Source: Ramazzottius varieornatus (lineage: Eukaryota; Animalia; Tardigrada). Taken from it: a DNA stretch of 64,000 nt. Shown here one piece after another: positions 53,001-64,000 of the stretch (position 1 is its first letter; each line of letters opens with the position of its first letter). The position numbers and the translations under genes were made by a program. The DNA is taken from the NCBI GenBank assembly GCA_001949185.1, contig BDGG01000022.1, positions 235,569-299,568 on the forward strand. The letters run 5' to 3'. The notes beneath the pieces were generated by a model. The model searched no databases. It saw only the letters and a program-made list of their open reading frames with translations, and was not told the origin of the DNA.

Positions 53001-56000
53001 ACGGGTTGTTTGAAACTTTGTCATGTTGTATGAGCTGGTATAGGAGCATTTAAGTCAACACGAACCTGTTCGGGAAAGGTGCTGCCTTTCAGTTCGCCAT
53101 CTTGGTCCGCATACGTCAGGATAGTTTTCAGTGATCTCCTCAGGTAATCTTCGTTCAGATCCGTGATGGTGCCCACCAGCGAGCTCAGCGAGATAGTCAC
53201 CTGCATCTTTACTCGAGAGAAGCTGTTGCCGATCTCAAAGTTCTGGCGCATCAGCATGTACAGCGAGGCACAAGCTTGGGAGCGGACAGCGGCGATTGCC
53301 GAGCTGCAGTGACTAAGGAGCCGCAAACACAGGTCCGCGCAGTACTCGGTCTCGGCTTCGAAGAGTAGCTCGGGGAACTTGTAGACGATGGAACGTTGAC
53401 AGGCAAAGAGGGTCTCGTACACTTGGACACTCTGACTGCAGCCCAGAGCGTGCAGCAGGACTTTGAACGCCGCGCCCAGTTGATCGTGGAGAAAAGGATG
53501 ACTTAAGATTATCTAAACAAAACTCACATGAAAGCAGAAGCTGGGATCCGTTACAAATGGTGAAACTAAAGAATCTGATGATACGGGTATATAAAAATGT
53601 GTAAATTTTGGGCGCAGACCTGTATGACGAGATCGAGGTTATCCAAAACCGTCAAGGCGACTTCAGCGCTCAGAACTCCTTCCAACATGGCTTCGTTCTT
53701 CGCATCAAGGCTTTCCGTGTCGGATAGCGGAAACGGCCTCCAAAGCTGGTCCTTGCGATATCGCAGGCCCTCCCCGGTGGTCATACTACCACGAGCACCT
53801 ACAGGAAACCACCCAGTTAAGCAATCCAAACTATACGTTGAGACCCTCATGAAAGAAAGAAAAGATTAAAAGTAAAGAATTGCCCGCACTCAGTGTTCCA
53901 GCTCGACGTTTCTCAAAGTCATTCTTGACATGAATCGATCCAAGGATGGCATCGCCCAGCATCGACTTGAGTTCTTCCCTCTGGACACCTGTATGACCTC
54001 TCGTGTGGATGGTTTTTGGACCTTCAGAAAAGAGTATCCATAATCAACAAGCCCTATAAGGCCAGCTGGAAATAAGTTTGCCTACCAGAGTATTCGAAGC
54101 AGTGAATTGTCAACTGCAGTATCTCTAACAGCTGGGCCAGCCGGTGCCCTTGCAGATTCTCCCACCATCCTCTCAATGTGTGTTCTTCCGCAGACTTGAC
54201 GATCCAGATGAAGGAGATCAGAAGGTGCCTCGTAGCTTCGGCATTCAACTGCGGCCTTCTTCCCTACAACAACAATGCACTTTAGTGCATAATCGACAAA
54301 TGTCAAGAGACCACAAAGATTGGGGAAAACATGAATAAATAGCCCAACGATCCAGCATTTCGAAACAAATACAGTCCACTCGTTCGAGATGTGTTACCTA
54401 CTGTAATTTGACAGTTTCAAAAACTGAAAGATCAGGGAACTCAACGAGCCTGCTCGCCATGCCGCAGCTTTGCTAGACGCATGCGACTTGATTACTTGAT
54501 TACATCGGTCGAAGCAGGATGTTATGTACNNNNNNNNNNNNNNNNNNNNNNNNNNNNNNNNNNNNNNNNNNNNNNNNNNGAATATTTTCAGTATATGATA
54601 TATAATTTTGAATGTTGGCTTGCTATGCGTTATGCCGAACGTATGGCGGGCCCAGAACTGAAACCGTGAAAGTAGGTAACACATCTCGAACGAGTGGACT
54701 GTACTGTGACTGCGTACAATCAAACACAGCAGTAATCATTCGATTTTCGGAAAACAATAATTTCGCGGACGAAACAGTACTCATTTAAACCAGTATCGTT
54801 TCATGTGAGCGTTTTTATGGTTCTGTGCGGTCTTCTCATGAGATTACCTCGGTGCTGTTTCGTCTGACGACGGTGTTATTTCCCGCAATAGCCATTGCCA
54901 CCGATTGCTGGATGGCTTGTGTACCTTTCTTCGGGATTTCAGGTGTGACAAACTCGTACAGTTGAGCGAGCGAGTCCATGATGATGCCGATGAGCGGGAA
55001 GTACAGGTGAGCCAAACGCTGTCTGGCTTCCTTTGTTCCGCATCGTGGGTCAGCGTCGTGCCAAGACATCAAATTGCGTAAGATGTTGACTGCTTTGATG
55101 TGGAGTGAAGGGTTTGGCACTTCGAAAACGGCGTACAGCTCGGACAGGATCAGACCAACGAGGAAGTGCTGCTGCCGGAACGCCGAAGAGAGTTCTAAGG
55201 AAGCCTACAGCAAAGAAAAAACCACGATTCTCATCCACCTACAGACACCTAAACTTCTGTCTTTACACAACCGCGTAGCGATTGCAAATGCACAACAGAT
55301 ATCGAAGATCGATGTGGAATTCGCACAAAAAAAGTAGTCTGTCATAAACCTGCATACACGCAAGCAATAACTTTGCGGTGATTTTGTATGAAGAGTAGGT
55401 ACGTGCCAGAAAGCGCAAAATTTGTTCCGTTGCTTGTTTCTTCGCGAAATCGAATATTCAGATTGTGTCTAAATATATATTTCGAATATTGAATAATTTT
55501 TTCAAATGGGGTTCATGGGCGAACAAGCGTCAGACGGCCGGCTAACCCAGCGAGCGCAACCTTAAGGCACGCCTCCCATCAGCACCCATCGATGCCCACG
55601 GTCCACCTTCGACCTTCATCTTCCGCTTGCGGGTAGAATTTATTTCTGCTTTCGCCGCGTCAGCGATAGAGCTCCGTAGCTAGGCTCGCTGACAAGCAAA
55701 ATGTAGAGCACATGAGTACATGATTACCTGTAGAAACGAGCTGTTGGAAGAGTTTCCGGAATTGTGAGAGTTGTTCGAAGCCACACTGGGACTTGGCGAG
55801 GCTGGTAATGATCGAAAGTATCCCTGTGACTGAGCAAATGGCAAGTTGAGTGGGAAGAAGTGCTCGTGAGCACTGAGAATCCGTAGACAATCGAGCTTGA
55901 GGCTCATCAACTGCGTCGGATCCAACATTGTCACAATCTGCAACCACACGAAGAAAAACATCAATCCAGAAAAATGATGTTCTTCCTGCACCGAAAATAC

Positions 56001-59000
56001 CGTACGAATCAAAAAAAAAGAAACTTTACGAATTCTTCTGAAGAATTACTTTTGTATTGAGCTTTCTGCAGTAGGTATGGATCCACTGAAAGACCAATCC
56101 TCTATCCAGTAAAGACAGGCAATCATAGAAAAAGAAGGCAAGACTGGTATTGAGCGAGATCATTTCTCGAGCCGAGGAGGAGACGATGTCGTCGGTGAAG
56201 GTGCGAACGAGTGTGGACAGGTCCTCGATGAAGCGTTCATTGAAGCGAGCAGCACGTGGGTAGTGAAGACGCTGGGAGGCCGTCAGGTACTGCGTCATGC
56301 ACTGGATGATCAGCTCGAAGAAGAACCAGGCATGACGAAGGCTGAAGTCTCTGGGCGGACCCGCGCAGATGGCCCACTGCAGAGCAATTTCTTCATGGGG
56401 AAGACGCCGAGAGTTCTGCTGGGCACCGACTGCCGAGGAAGCTATACAGAAAGAAACTCCGTCAATACCTCTTTATTTCCGTAAACGCCGAAGCATTCTG
56501 ACTTCGGCTCGATTTCCGTTGTAACTTCGGTCCTGGAAATACATCTCTGTAAGCCTCTGAAATTCTGACTTCCGGTCCGACTTCCGCTACTAGAAATCTG
56601 TCCCACGAAGTCAAGAATATTTTGATTTCCGAGCGGTAAATTGCTCAAGAACTGGAATACTCAAATTGATTTTCTCTCTTTTCACATTTCTGATTTTCTT
56701 GGGTTTGTCAAAACCCTTTTCGGGGAGCCTCGAAACAGCGGGCTTTGGGACCCAAACTGCCGCTGATGAACCAGCGAGATTTTGTCAGTGTCCGAGCGCG
56801 GAAAACGCGCACATGCCATCCGCTAAGTTAAAGCCTGTGCATAGCCTATGCTGAATGGAGAAACGTATATGCCGTTAGGGGAATCCCCTCTTGCCGCCCA
56901 AGAAAACCTGTTTGAGTCACCACTGGCGTCCCTAGAAACATCGGGGGGTGTCCATGGTTTGCCAGTGGCGACTTACCCGATGTTTCCTGTCAGAACTTCT
57001 AAGGGATCACCAGTGTTATTTCACACCACCTCCGCCTTTCAAAACAACTACTTTCCTTCCGTCCGACGTTTTATTTCGTAAAATAGATCTTCGGGAAACT
57101 TTACTAATAGTTCTTTCTACATGTTGGCATCTATAGCAGCCTCGTTTACTTTTTGAATTTTTTTCTTGCTAAAATTCTGCGTGAAAGTTAACGGCTAGTA
57201 CTTCAAGTAAACTTTCATACCTGTGTCGGAAGTTCCTCGAACGCTTCCAGCTCGTTCAAAGCTGGACAAGGCGTGGTGGATAGCTTGGATTTCACTGGTG
57301 CTTCTGCTGTACAGATGAAAGTCTAGAAACACAACAACTTACGGTCAGATGAATGTAGTATTCAACAGTCAAAACACAACCGGAAGCACAAACCTTTAAC
57401 AGCGTCTTGGTCGGAGGACGGATATCGTTTGATCAAGCAGTGGTAGTGGATATAGCTGAGCAAGAAAGTGTTCCGACCATGCAGGTCCGAATCCAGAAAT
57501 GTCGAGACAACGTGGACGATGTCGACGAGACCATCGAAGGCAGCAGCCGATACGTTGATCACCTGGAAAAGTACTCATGTGAAAATTACGAGACATTTCT
57601 TGGCTAAGGATGTAATTTGATTTACTTGGCCGTGGACAGATGGGGGTTTAACAATCAGCGTCAGCAGTTTCTCGAGTATGACATTAAGAAACTTGATGAG
57701 AGGCTCTTTGGCGGCCATGACAAGGTCCAGTATGGCGTCTTTGAGGTTGTTCTCGATGTTGGACTCACCGATGTATACCGGGATGCGTCCGTTGTCTATG
57801 TAGGCACATAGGTTGATGAAGCGTTCTAGCTTCACGTCACCTGTGTGAATGGTGGACACGGGCTTCACTGAGATGTTGAAAATACCTGGAAAAACATATA
57901 CACATATGATACGGAAAACGTTCGAAACATCAAATAATAATCTTCACAAAATGGAGGCAAGGCAAACAAACTTGATAAAACTGTCTTCCTAACTGGTGCA
58001 CGTTTCAGTGAGAGCGTACACCACCTGGAAAAACGATCTTGCTGAGTTTGTCCAAGTAGCGCACATTATCAATATTACTGGTTGGAAGCGTGCGCCACTG
58101 AGGAAAACAACTTTCTCGATTATAATTGCCTGCCTTCCAGATAGTAAAATAAAATTACAACAATGCCGTAGGACTTCTACCCCGAAACCAAACGCAAGAG
58201 TTTAACTCAACATCTAACCCAAGATGAGCAGAAATTTCTAACCTTTGTGGTTATCTACCCATTTCGTTCCCGGAAGCTGCACTTCCGGGTTGATCCTCGA
58301 GTAGCTGGCCGGTGGTTTCTCCATCATGACGGGGAGATTGTAGTCACCATTGATCAGCATGGAGTCGGCGCCACAGACGTTGAAGAGCGGTAGCCACGTG
58401 TAGCCCACCGGGGTTTCGATCTGCTCAGCTGCATGTCCCTCAGAGCCTTTCTTCTGACAACTGATATGATAAAATGTGAAGAGGAGGTGGTAACCGTGCT
58501 CGCGATCGTCTAGGTTGGGCGGCAGCTTGATCTTGAATTCGTCGGTGAAGACGGGCGTCTTGTCATGGTAGAGGACTGTGGAGTAGCCATCGAAGAGATA
58601 CTCGGGACAGGTGGACTTGCCGAAGATCGCTCTCAAAGGACAATCTTCTGCACCTGCAAAAAGATCAAGCACAAAATCAAAACAGTCACGTGACAGTGCT
58701 CAGAGATAATTTTTCCAGTTACAACACGCATAAACACAACGGAATTGCTTAAAGCGGCTTTTTACGAACCTAAAAGTTGGACTTTGACGGCGATGTTCCT
58801 GGCCGAACCGGGCCGATTTGACAAGTTCAAGCTCTTCGGATATACGTAGAGTAAGTTCCTGTAGCTGTAATGTGGCTGGAACTGTTCATACAGAGGAAAC
58901 TCCAAGACCTGAAACAAATGCTCAACTTATGAGGAAAAACTCGCTGAATAAATTTAGCGAATCTAACTTCCGGCTGTCAGCACGGCCCTCAGTAGGCCAG

Positions 59001-61273
59001 CCATGCTTCGGCCAGGGCCGTGCCGCCATCCAGAAGTTGCAGATTTCTTCATGGGCGTCCAAAGCAAACACCAGAATACATGTAGCAGAACGTTTTCGAT
59101 GACAACAGTACAGCTTGACACGTCGGAGTACCTCTTTTATGGGTCTTTGCGTGTTGTCCTCGCTAACGGGTACCAACGGCGCCAACTCAGGTGTCAGGCA
59201 TCCCGGGGGCACGGCTCCATCGACACAAGGTGAGATCTCTAACTTTAGAGTACCAGGAATGCACTTGAGGCGTTTAGTCAAGGAGGTGGGACGTTTCAGA
59301 TCGACCACCATCTTGAACAAGTCATCTTCAGACAGCTTGTCCGGTTCGTGGCGAAAGAACGTGGGCAGAGAGACAACCACAGGGCGGAAAGCGTCTAGAT
59401 TGGGCGGAGGTTCATCTTGGGTGTAGAGGCTGTTGGAACGGGTGGCTTGACGTGAGAGCGTCCCATTCTTCACAGAAGTCAAAGTCAGAAAAGTATTGAG
59501 AAATGGGATGAAAACTAGAGGGTAACGCTCAAGAAGGAGTACCTGCTCAACGGAGGACATGGTATTGGTCATCATCTGTTTGCCTTTTCTCAGAAGCTCC
59601 AGGGGGTTGAGTGTGCGATCCAGCGAGCCGCTCTTTGAGGACTGTGAGCCCATGTAGCTAACAGAAGTACCCGAAGACGACGTGACGTCCATCTCCAACT
59701 GCGAAGAAGTCGGGGCGGCACCTTGTACGATACTCGAGAGAAAGATGGCTGTCCAGCCGAACGGCATTCTGTATTTCCCCAACCTTCAAATAGATATTGT
59801 TTCTATAATTTACAGACATTTGATTGATGTTGTGACAAACCATCTCTGTTATCGCTTGCTCACCGTTCGCAGAAAACCTGAGCATTGTTCTGCGCTTTCT
59901 CCTTATTCTTGTCCTCTTTGAGGTAAACTTCGGTTGCTTCTGTCACATCGCCCTGCTGCAAGACCTTCTCCAGCCTGACAATGATGACCAAGTCAGCGGT
60001 GGGATACGTCACGTTATACACACAACTTCTAGCCAAGGTGCTAAAGTCCTCGGCAGGAATGTGCCCACTAAGCATTCCCCTCGTCGTGTCGGAGTTACAG
60101 TCAAAATAAAAATTCTCCGACAGTCGTTTCTTTTCTCGTGCGTCAAATATCGCCATCGAAGCAAAGACAGGCTCGATTTCAAGGTCCAGCTTCATTGTTA
60201 GTACCTGAAAAAAATTCGAAGAAGGTTAGGCTTGAGATTCGGGAATGAAAAACGGTTTCAAACACATCGTCGGCAAATACTTTGACCAGAATACGATGTC
60301 CAGATGGCTCTTGTGGAAGAGGCGGAACTAACCGCCGCTCAATCTGATCTTCCACGTCTTGAGCAGGGTACAGCGTGAAGATGGCAGGTTGGCGCTTCTC
60401 CAGGCGTTTCCTTCTATCAATGGCATCGCGATCGTCAGCAGGGAGGCGCTCGAAGAGACCAGGAACGAGTGGTTCGGCGTTGGAGGAACGAAGATCGAAG
60501 GCTCCGCTGGCCCATGATCCTCTCGGATCTGCGTCAGTCCGCGCTGAGACCGGGTAAGGCGAAGGTTGAGGCTTCGTATCACATTCGTAAACTTGGCGAG
60601 GAATAAGATCCAGCTTTTCATCCCTCCTCTGTAACGAGACAGTAACGGTTAGATATGCTAGACATAGTCCCATCCCCGTGTCAAAAAATGCACCTTGTGA
60701 GCGACGCACTAAGTACAAAACTACACGAGCAACGGATACACTTTAAACTAGTGTTTCAGACAATCAAGCGACACGTACCAGTATAGTTTCAGCCAATACT
60801 TCACAGGGTCCATATCGCTGATATCGTCGGTAGGAAACGGTGTAGTTGGCCGTGTATTCCTGAATACAGTCCCTTTCGCGACTATTCAATCCGTTGGTAT
60901 TTTCGGGAAGGACATGCGTTCCGGTTCGAGGCTTCTTGGAGATGGTTTTGACTTCGATATCGTCGATAGGAAACTGCAGCAAGTGGCGCAGCGGATCCCG
61001 ATCGATGGTGGGTTGATGTGCACGAAAAAAATCCTCGTAGTCAACAGGCTCGGGTACTTCAACGTACGCTGCAGCGGTCTGCGAGCTCAAAGGACTCACT
61101 GTCACCGAGTTGTCCGACAAACTTTTGGGAAGCGGGAGATCACCGGATTGCGTCTTGATCTGACGGCGCACTTCACTGGCTTGAGCCTTGTTCAACTTCT
61201 GGGCAAAGGCACGACGCTGCCCGTTGGCCGAGACACTAGCAGCTACAGCCATCCGAGCAATGGATTCCGTCAT
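50061..61273 (-). CDS. DOCK-C family Rac/Cdc42 GEF (DOCK6/7/8, zir-like), many exons
   Basis: QRRAFAQKL and EPVDYEDF; DHR1/C2 ([28 protein letters not shown]); DHR2 ([44 protein letters not shown] with the catalytic Val). Exact start uncertain (61273 or 61252). Confidence 0.96.
51399..51495. repeat. Inverted repeat / MITE remnant in a DOCK intron
   Basis: cttccatttggatctttcccggtttcca ... tggaaaccggaaaaaagcccaaatggaag. Confidence 0.7.
54372..54701. mobile_element. Tc1/mariner-type MITE in a DOCK intron (spans an N gap)
   Basis: Perfect 31-bp TIRs cagtccactcgttcgagatgtgttacctact starting with CAGT; TA on both flanks. Confidence 0.92.
58960..59045 (-). other. Intronic hairpin (tiny MITE or pre-miRNA-like)
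   Basis: ~30-nt arms aatctaacttccggctgtcagcacggccct / agggccgtgccgccatccagaagttgcagatt around a ~25-nt loop. Confidence 0.6.
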
Positions 61274-61688
61274 GAATATGTGCAAAAGAAGATGCTACAT
61301 GTTACAGATTTAATGGTGTCACGGAGAAAGAGATGGAATTTATGGCATCGATAATGGTGTTGCTGCACTCAAATAAATTATTCAAGGCATTCATTCAAGC
61401 CGATCAAGCATACGCTCAAATACCAGGCCGTGCCTGCAGGTACTAGGTCAAGTTGCGCACCAGGCGGTGCAGGACGCTTACTGCAACGCAACATCAGCAA
61501 CAGGCACAGAACCGCAGTTTTGTATCCAGGTTGGCGTCTCCGTGTGGGCAGCGCACTGAAGTGGGTGCAGTGACTATAAAGAATGCACCGAATACACCCT
61601 TCTGTTTGTTCATTCATTCTTTCAACCAATGGTTGGACTGCTACAGTGTGGCCCTGACCACAAACAAAACGATCAGCATCATCACTCA

Positions 61689-61968
61689 CAGCGATGGACG
61701 GGTGATTTACTCAGTGAATTAATCAAAACACAGAACGGCTTCACAACATTAAGTGCAACCCAACTTAGGAACGGCAATCACTCGATCAATATTTCTGGTA
61801 TGGTAAAATACCGTTCCGATGTTGTTCGAACATCATTGTCTCCTGTTCTTGTAGGTAGAAGTTGCGCAACGATGACAAAATCGCCCGTTGGGCCGCTTCG
61901 TAGCAGGCTATGAGTGGCAGTTTCGTAATTTTTGATATTAGGCTGAGTAAATCACCCGACCATCGGTG
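61689..61968. mobile_element. hAT-type MITE, 280 bp
   Basis: TIRs cagcgatggacgggtgatttactcag / ctgagtaaatcacccgaccatcggtg; perfect 8-bp TSD atcactca. Confidence 0.92.
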
Positions 61969-62561
61969 ATCACTCATCAGACATCAACTGACTTTGCAGA
62001 TTGTCCAAACTTCCAAAGTCATCTGGTTCTTCCTAGTCTTCCTTGATGATTTGGTGCGAAGAGCACTGTCCTCGACTCCTCAGTGTCCTGCGAGCCACGA
62101 AGAGGATATCTGCCGGATGCTGTTTTGACTCTTGAGTTATGGTGCAGTTCATTCGATTGCTGAGTATTTGGCACGTCGTGAACTCTGAAGAATTCCCGAA
62201 AGTTCAAAGTTGAATGTCATCTTATCATTCGGGTTCCTTTGTGGAACTAGCTTCTTGATAACATTTGCGGAAGCGCTGTTACCCTTCGGCGACTCCAGGC
62301 TCTGGTCCCCATTGCAGCACGGTGATTCCAATTTTTCAAAGCCTTTTTATTGCTTATAGCTGGATATCTGTGGTGCCCTACTTGATCTGGCTAACGCTTT
62401 ACTAACAGCGCTGTAACTCTTCGACGCATATTTCGAGTTCGTCTAAGTACCACTCGGAATTTTTATTGCGACGCTTGATACGGATCAGTAACTTTGGCCG
62501 CGAACTTTGGCTGGATCGCACTGAAGTTTGTGTTTTGCCAGAAAACCCATGCGAGGGTAAA

Positions 62562-63472
62562 ATGGGTAAGAATGAGGTTTCCCGGACTCAGTGGTGCAAA
62601 TTGCAACCCATAACACATTTCAGGTGCCTGACGTCATAATCCCTGTGTATTCTGAAGCCTGTCTCAATCTTAGTATTATTCGCGTATTACGTCATACCTC
62701 AGCTTGTTTAGATCTGTTTGCCCGTTCAACTAGCGTAGCCCTGTACTGCTACTGTATGTTCCGTGCTGTCTTTGCAGAGATGGGAGTCCAAGCTGGCGGT
62801 TTCCCAGAAGAGGGAGTGTACGTCGCCTCGTCCTTTGTCCATTCCATTCTTCTCCTTCTCTCCGTGTACCACGGTGCCTTCAGTCTCCGCAATCCTACAC
62901 GCGTTCCCTTCCGGCGCTTCGACGTCCACCATCACGTCATCCTTTCCCTCCGCATCGGCTGCTCAGTCATTCTCGCTCTGATACCCCTTGCCGAACTCAT
63001 CAACCATCTTCACTATCACGTCCACCCGCCAGAAAAAATCTTGTCGATATTCCATTACGTTAACCAAGTTCTCGTCATAGCAGCTTGGCTAGCCAACGCC
63101 TGGTCCACCATCCTTCTTGCCAAGAACTGCGCGTGGTTTCATTTTCACTGGCTGGACTTTCTACTTCAAGGTCTAACCTGGGGCTTCGTCTTTGTGATAC
63201 AAGCCATCAGGTTTGATCAGTATGTCTTTCGAGGAACAGAAGCCACAACGGAGGATTACACGACAACGTTGGTGTTGTGCTTTTCCCTGTTTTACTTTTT
63301 AACTTTAATGGCTTTTCACTCGGTGGCTGTTTTCCGGAGATTTGGGCTGTGCTTAACCAAGTATGAAATCTTGTCAATGTACGAAGAGATCGACGCGCCG
63401 CGGGATGCGGCCAGAACGGTCTCGACTATTGTGTCGGATGTTGCGACTCGTGAAACCGACAGCGTTTATTAG
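62562..63472 (+). CDS. Five-TM, His-rich membrane protein resembling the TMD0 of ABCC/ABCB6 transporters, with no ABC core
   Basis: Main exon ~62778-63472 follows a tttgcag acceptor, with a likely ATG-g micro first exon at 62562-62565. Five hydrophobic helices, a hydrophilic tail and a clean stop. Confidence 0.7.
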
Positions 63473-63641
63473 TTTAAACATGACTAGCTGTACGAGTTTT
63501 TCAAAAGAAATACTCTCTCGGGCTCGTGGTCTCGAATTTTGTTCGTTCTCTGTCGTGATCTTCTAGCGCCGCTAGGGGAAGGCGTTTTACAATTTCCAGT
63601 TTTTGCCTTTCATCGTTTTACTCGTTTGCTCAACTCGAACT

Positions 63642-63984
63642 TCACCGTCCCTTATAGCTACAGTATAGGGTCATGTTCATGCGAATCACGCACCGCAGTT
63701 CTGCGTTTAGCGCTGTTGTAAAAAGTTCACATTTATATGACAGTGGAATCAAAATCGAATACCTGGAAATGAGGAATAGTATTCCAAAAGAGGCAGACTG
63801 AGTAGCTTTTCATGAAAGTCATGGAGAAAGTAGGCTTCGCATACCAAAATTCTGCTCCCTAATCCATCATTGTGCTGAGCTCTATCTGGGATTTTCGACA
63901 ACAGTTCAACCTCAACTTCCCGCCGGATGTAGTAGTCTGGATGTGCCTCTAGGATATCCAGCCTTCGTAGGCATTCATCGTCGA
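63642..63984 (-). CDS. GGACT: Gamma-glutamylaminecyclotransferase-like protein, 3' part; continues off the right edge
   Basis: Exon 63984-63763 reads VDDECLRRLDILEAHPDYYIRREVEVELL...CEAYFLHDFHEKLLSLPLLEYYSS, matching the GGACT C-terminal half (VDE..L..LD..E..P..Y.R). It is missing from the ORF track because it lacks a start codon; terminal exon uncertain. Confidence 0.78.
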
Positions 63985-64000
63985 CTGGGGGTTTTGGGGG

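Noticed and set aside
56760-56812. Hammerhead-like CTGATGA...GAAA in a DOCK intron
   Set aside because: The required stems I-III could not be formed by eye.
58922-59130. Extra C-terminal coding sequence of the 286-aa DOCK ORF
   Set aside because: Read-through into an intron (gag|gtactc donor); the conserved protein resumes in the next exon.

Overview
Gene-dense eukaryotic DNA, not prokaryotic: ~50% GC, GT-AG introns of mostly 50-100 nt. It is probably a compact ecdysozoan invertebrate genome, but the taxon cannot be fixed from the window. The ORF track is fragmented by introns, so exon chains were rebuilt by hand. About 16 protein-coding genes, in order: glucosylceramidase (5' part, -), mitochondrial EF-G2 (+), a 4-TM protein with a 1-nt frameshift (+), mitochondrial dicarboxylate carrier (+), a PWI-like/2xRRM protein (-), a CG9801-like PP2C-fold protein (-), two divergent PAN-ZP apical matrix proteins flanking an LHFPL tetraspan, an anoctamin (+), CCDC124 (-), enolase (+), TVP23 (+), a DOCK-C GEF (-), a stand-alone His-rich TMD0-like membrane protein (+), and the 3' end of a GGACT (-). 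Introns and intergenic DNA hold at least a dozen non-autonomous DNA-transposon elements (hAT-type with 8-bp TSDs, TA-flanked Tc1/mariner-type, one piggyBac-like), and the three N gaps fall in or next to them. Most notable: (1) the anoctamin has Lys at the conserved second Ca2+-binding Glu of TM7 (EYMEM to EYMKM); (2) it sits in a PAN-ZP / LHFPL / PAN-ZP / anoctamin block, which could be a co-regulated apical-matrix or mechanosensory module; (3) the free-standing TMD0-like protein; (4) the compact PWI-RRM-RRM protein. All family calls come from recognised motifs, not database searches.
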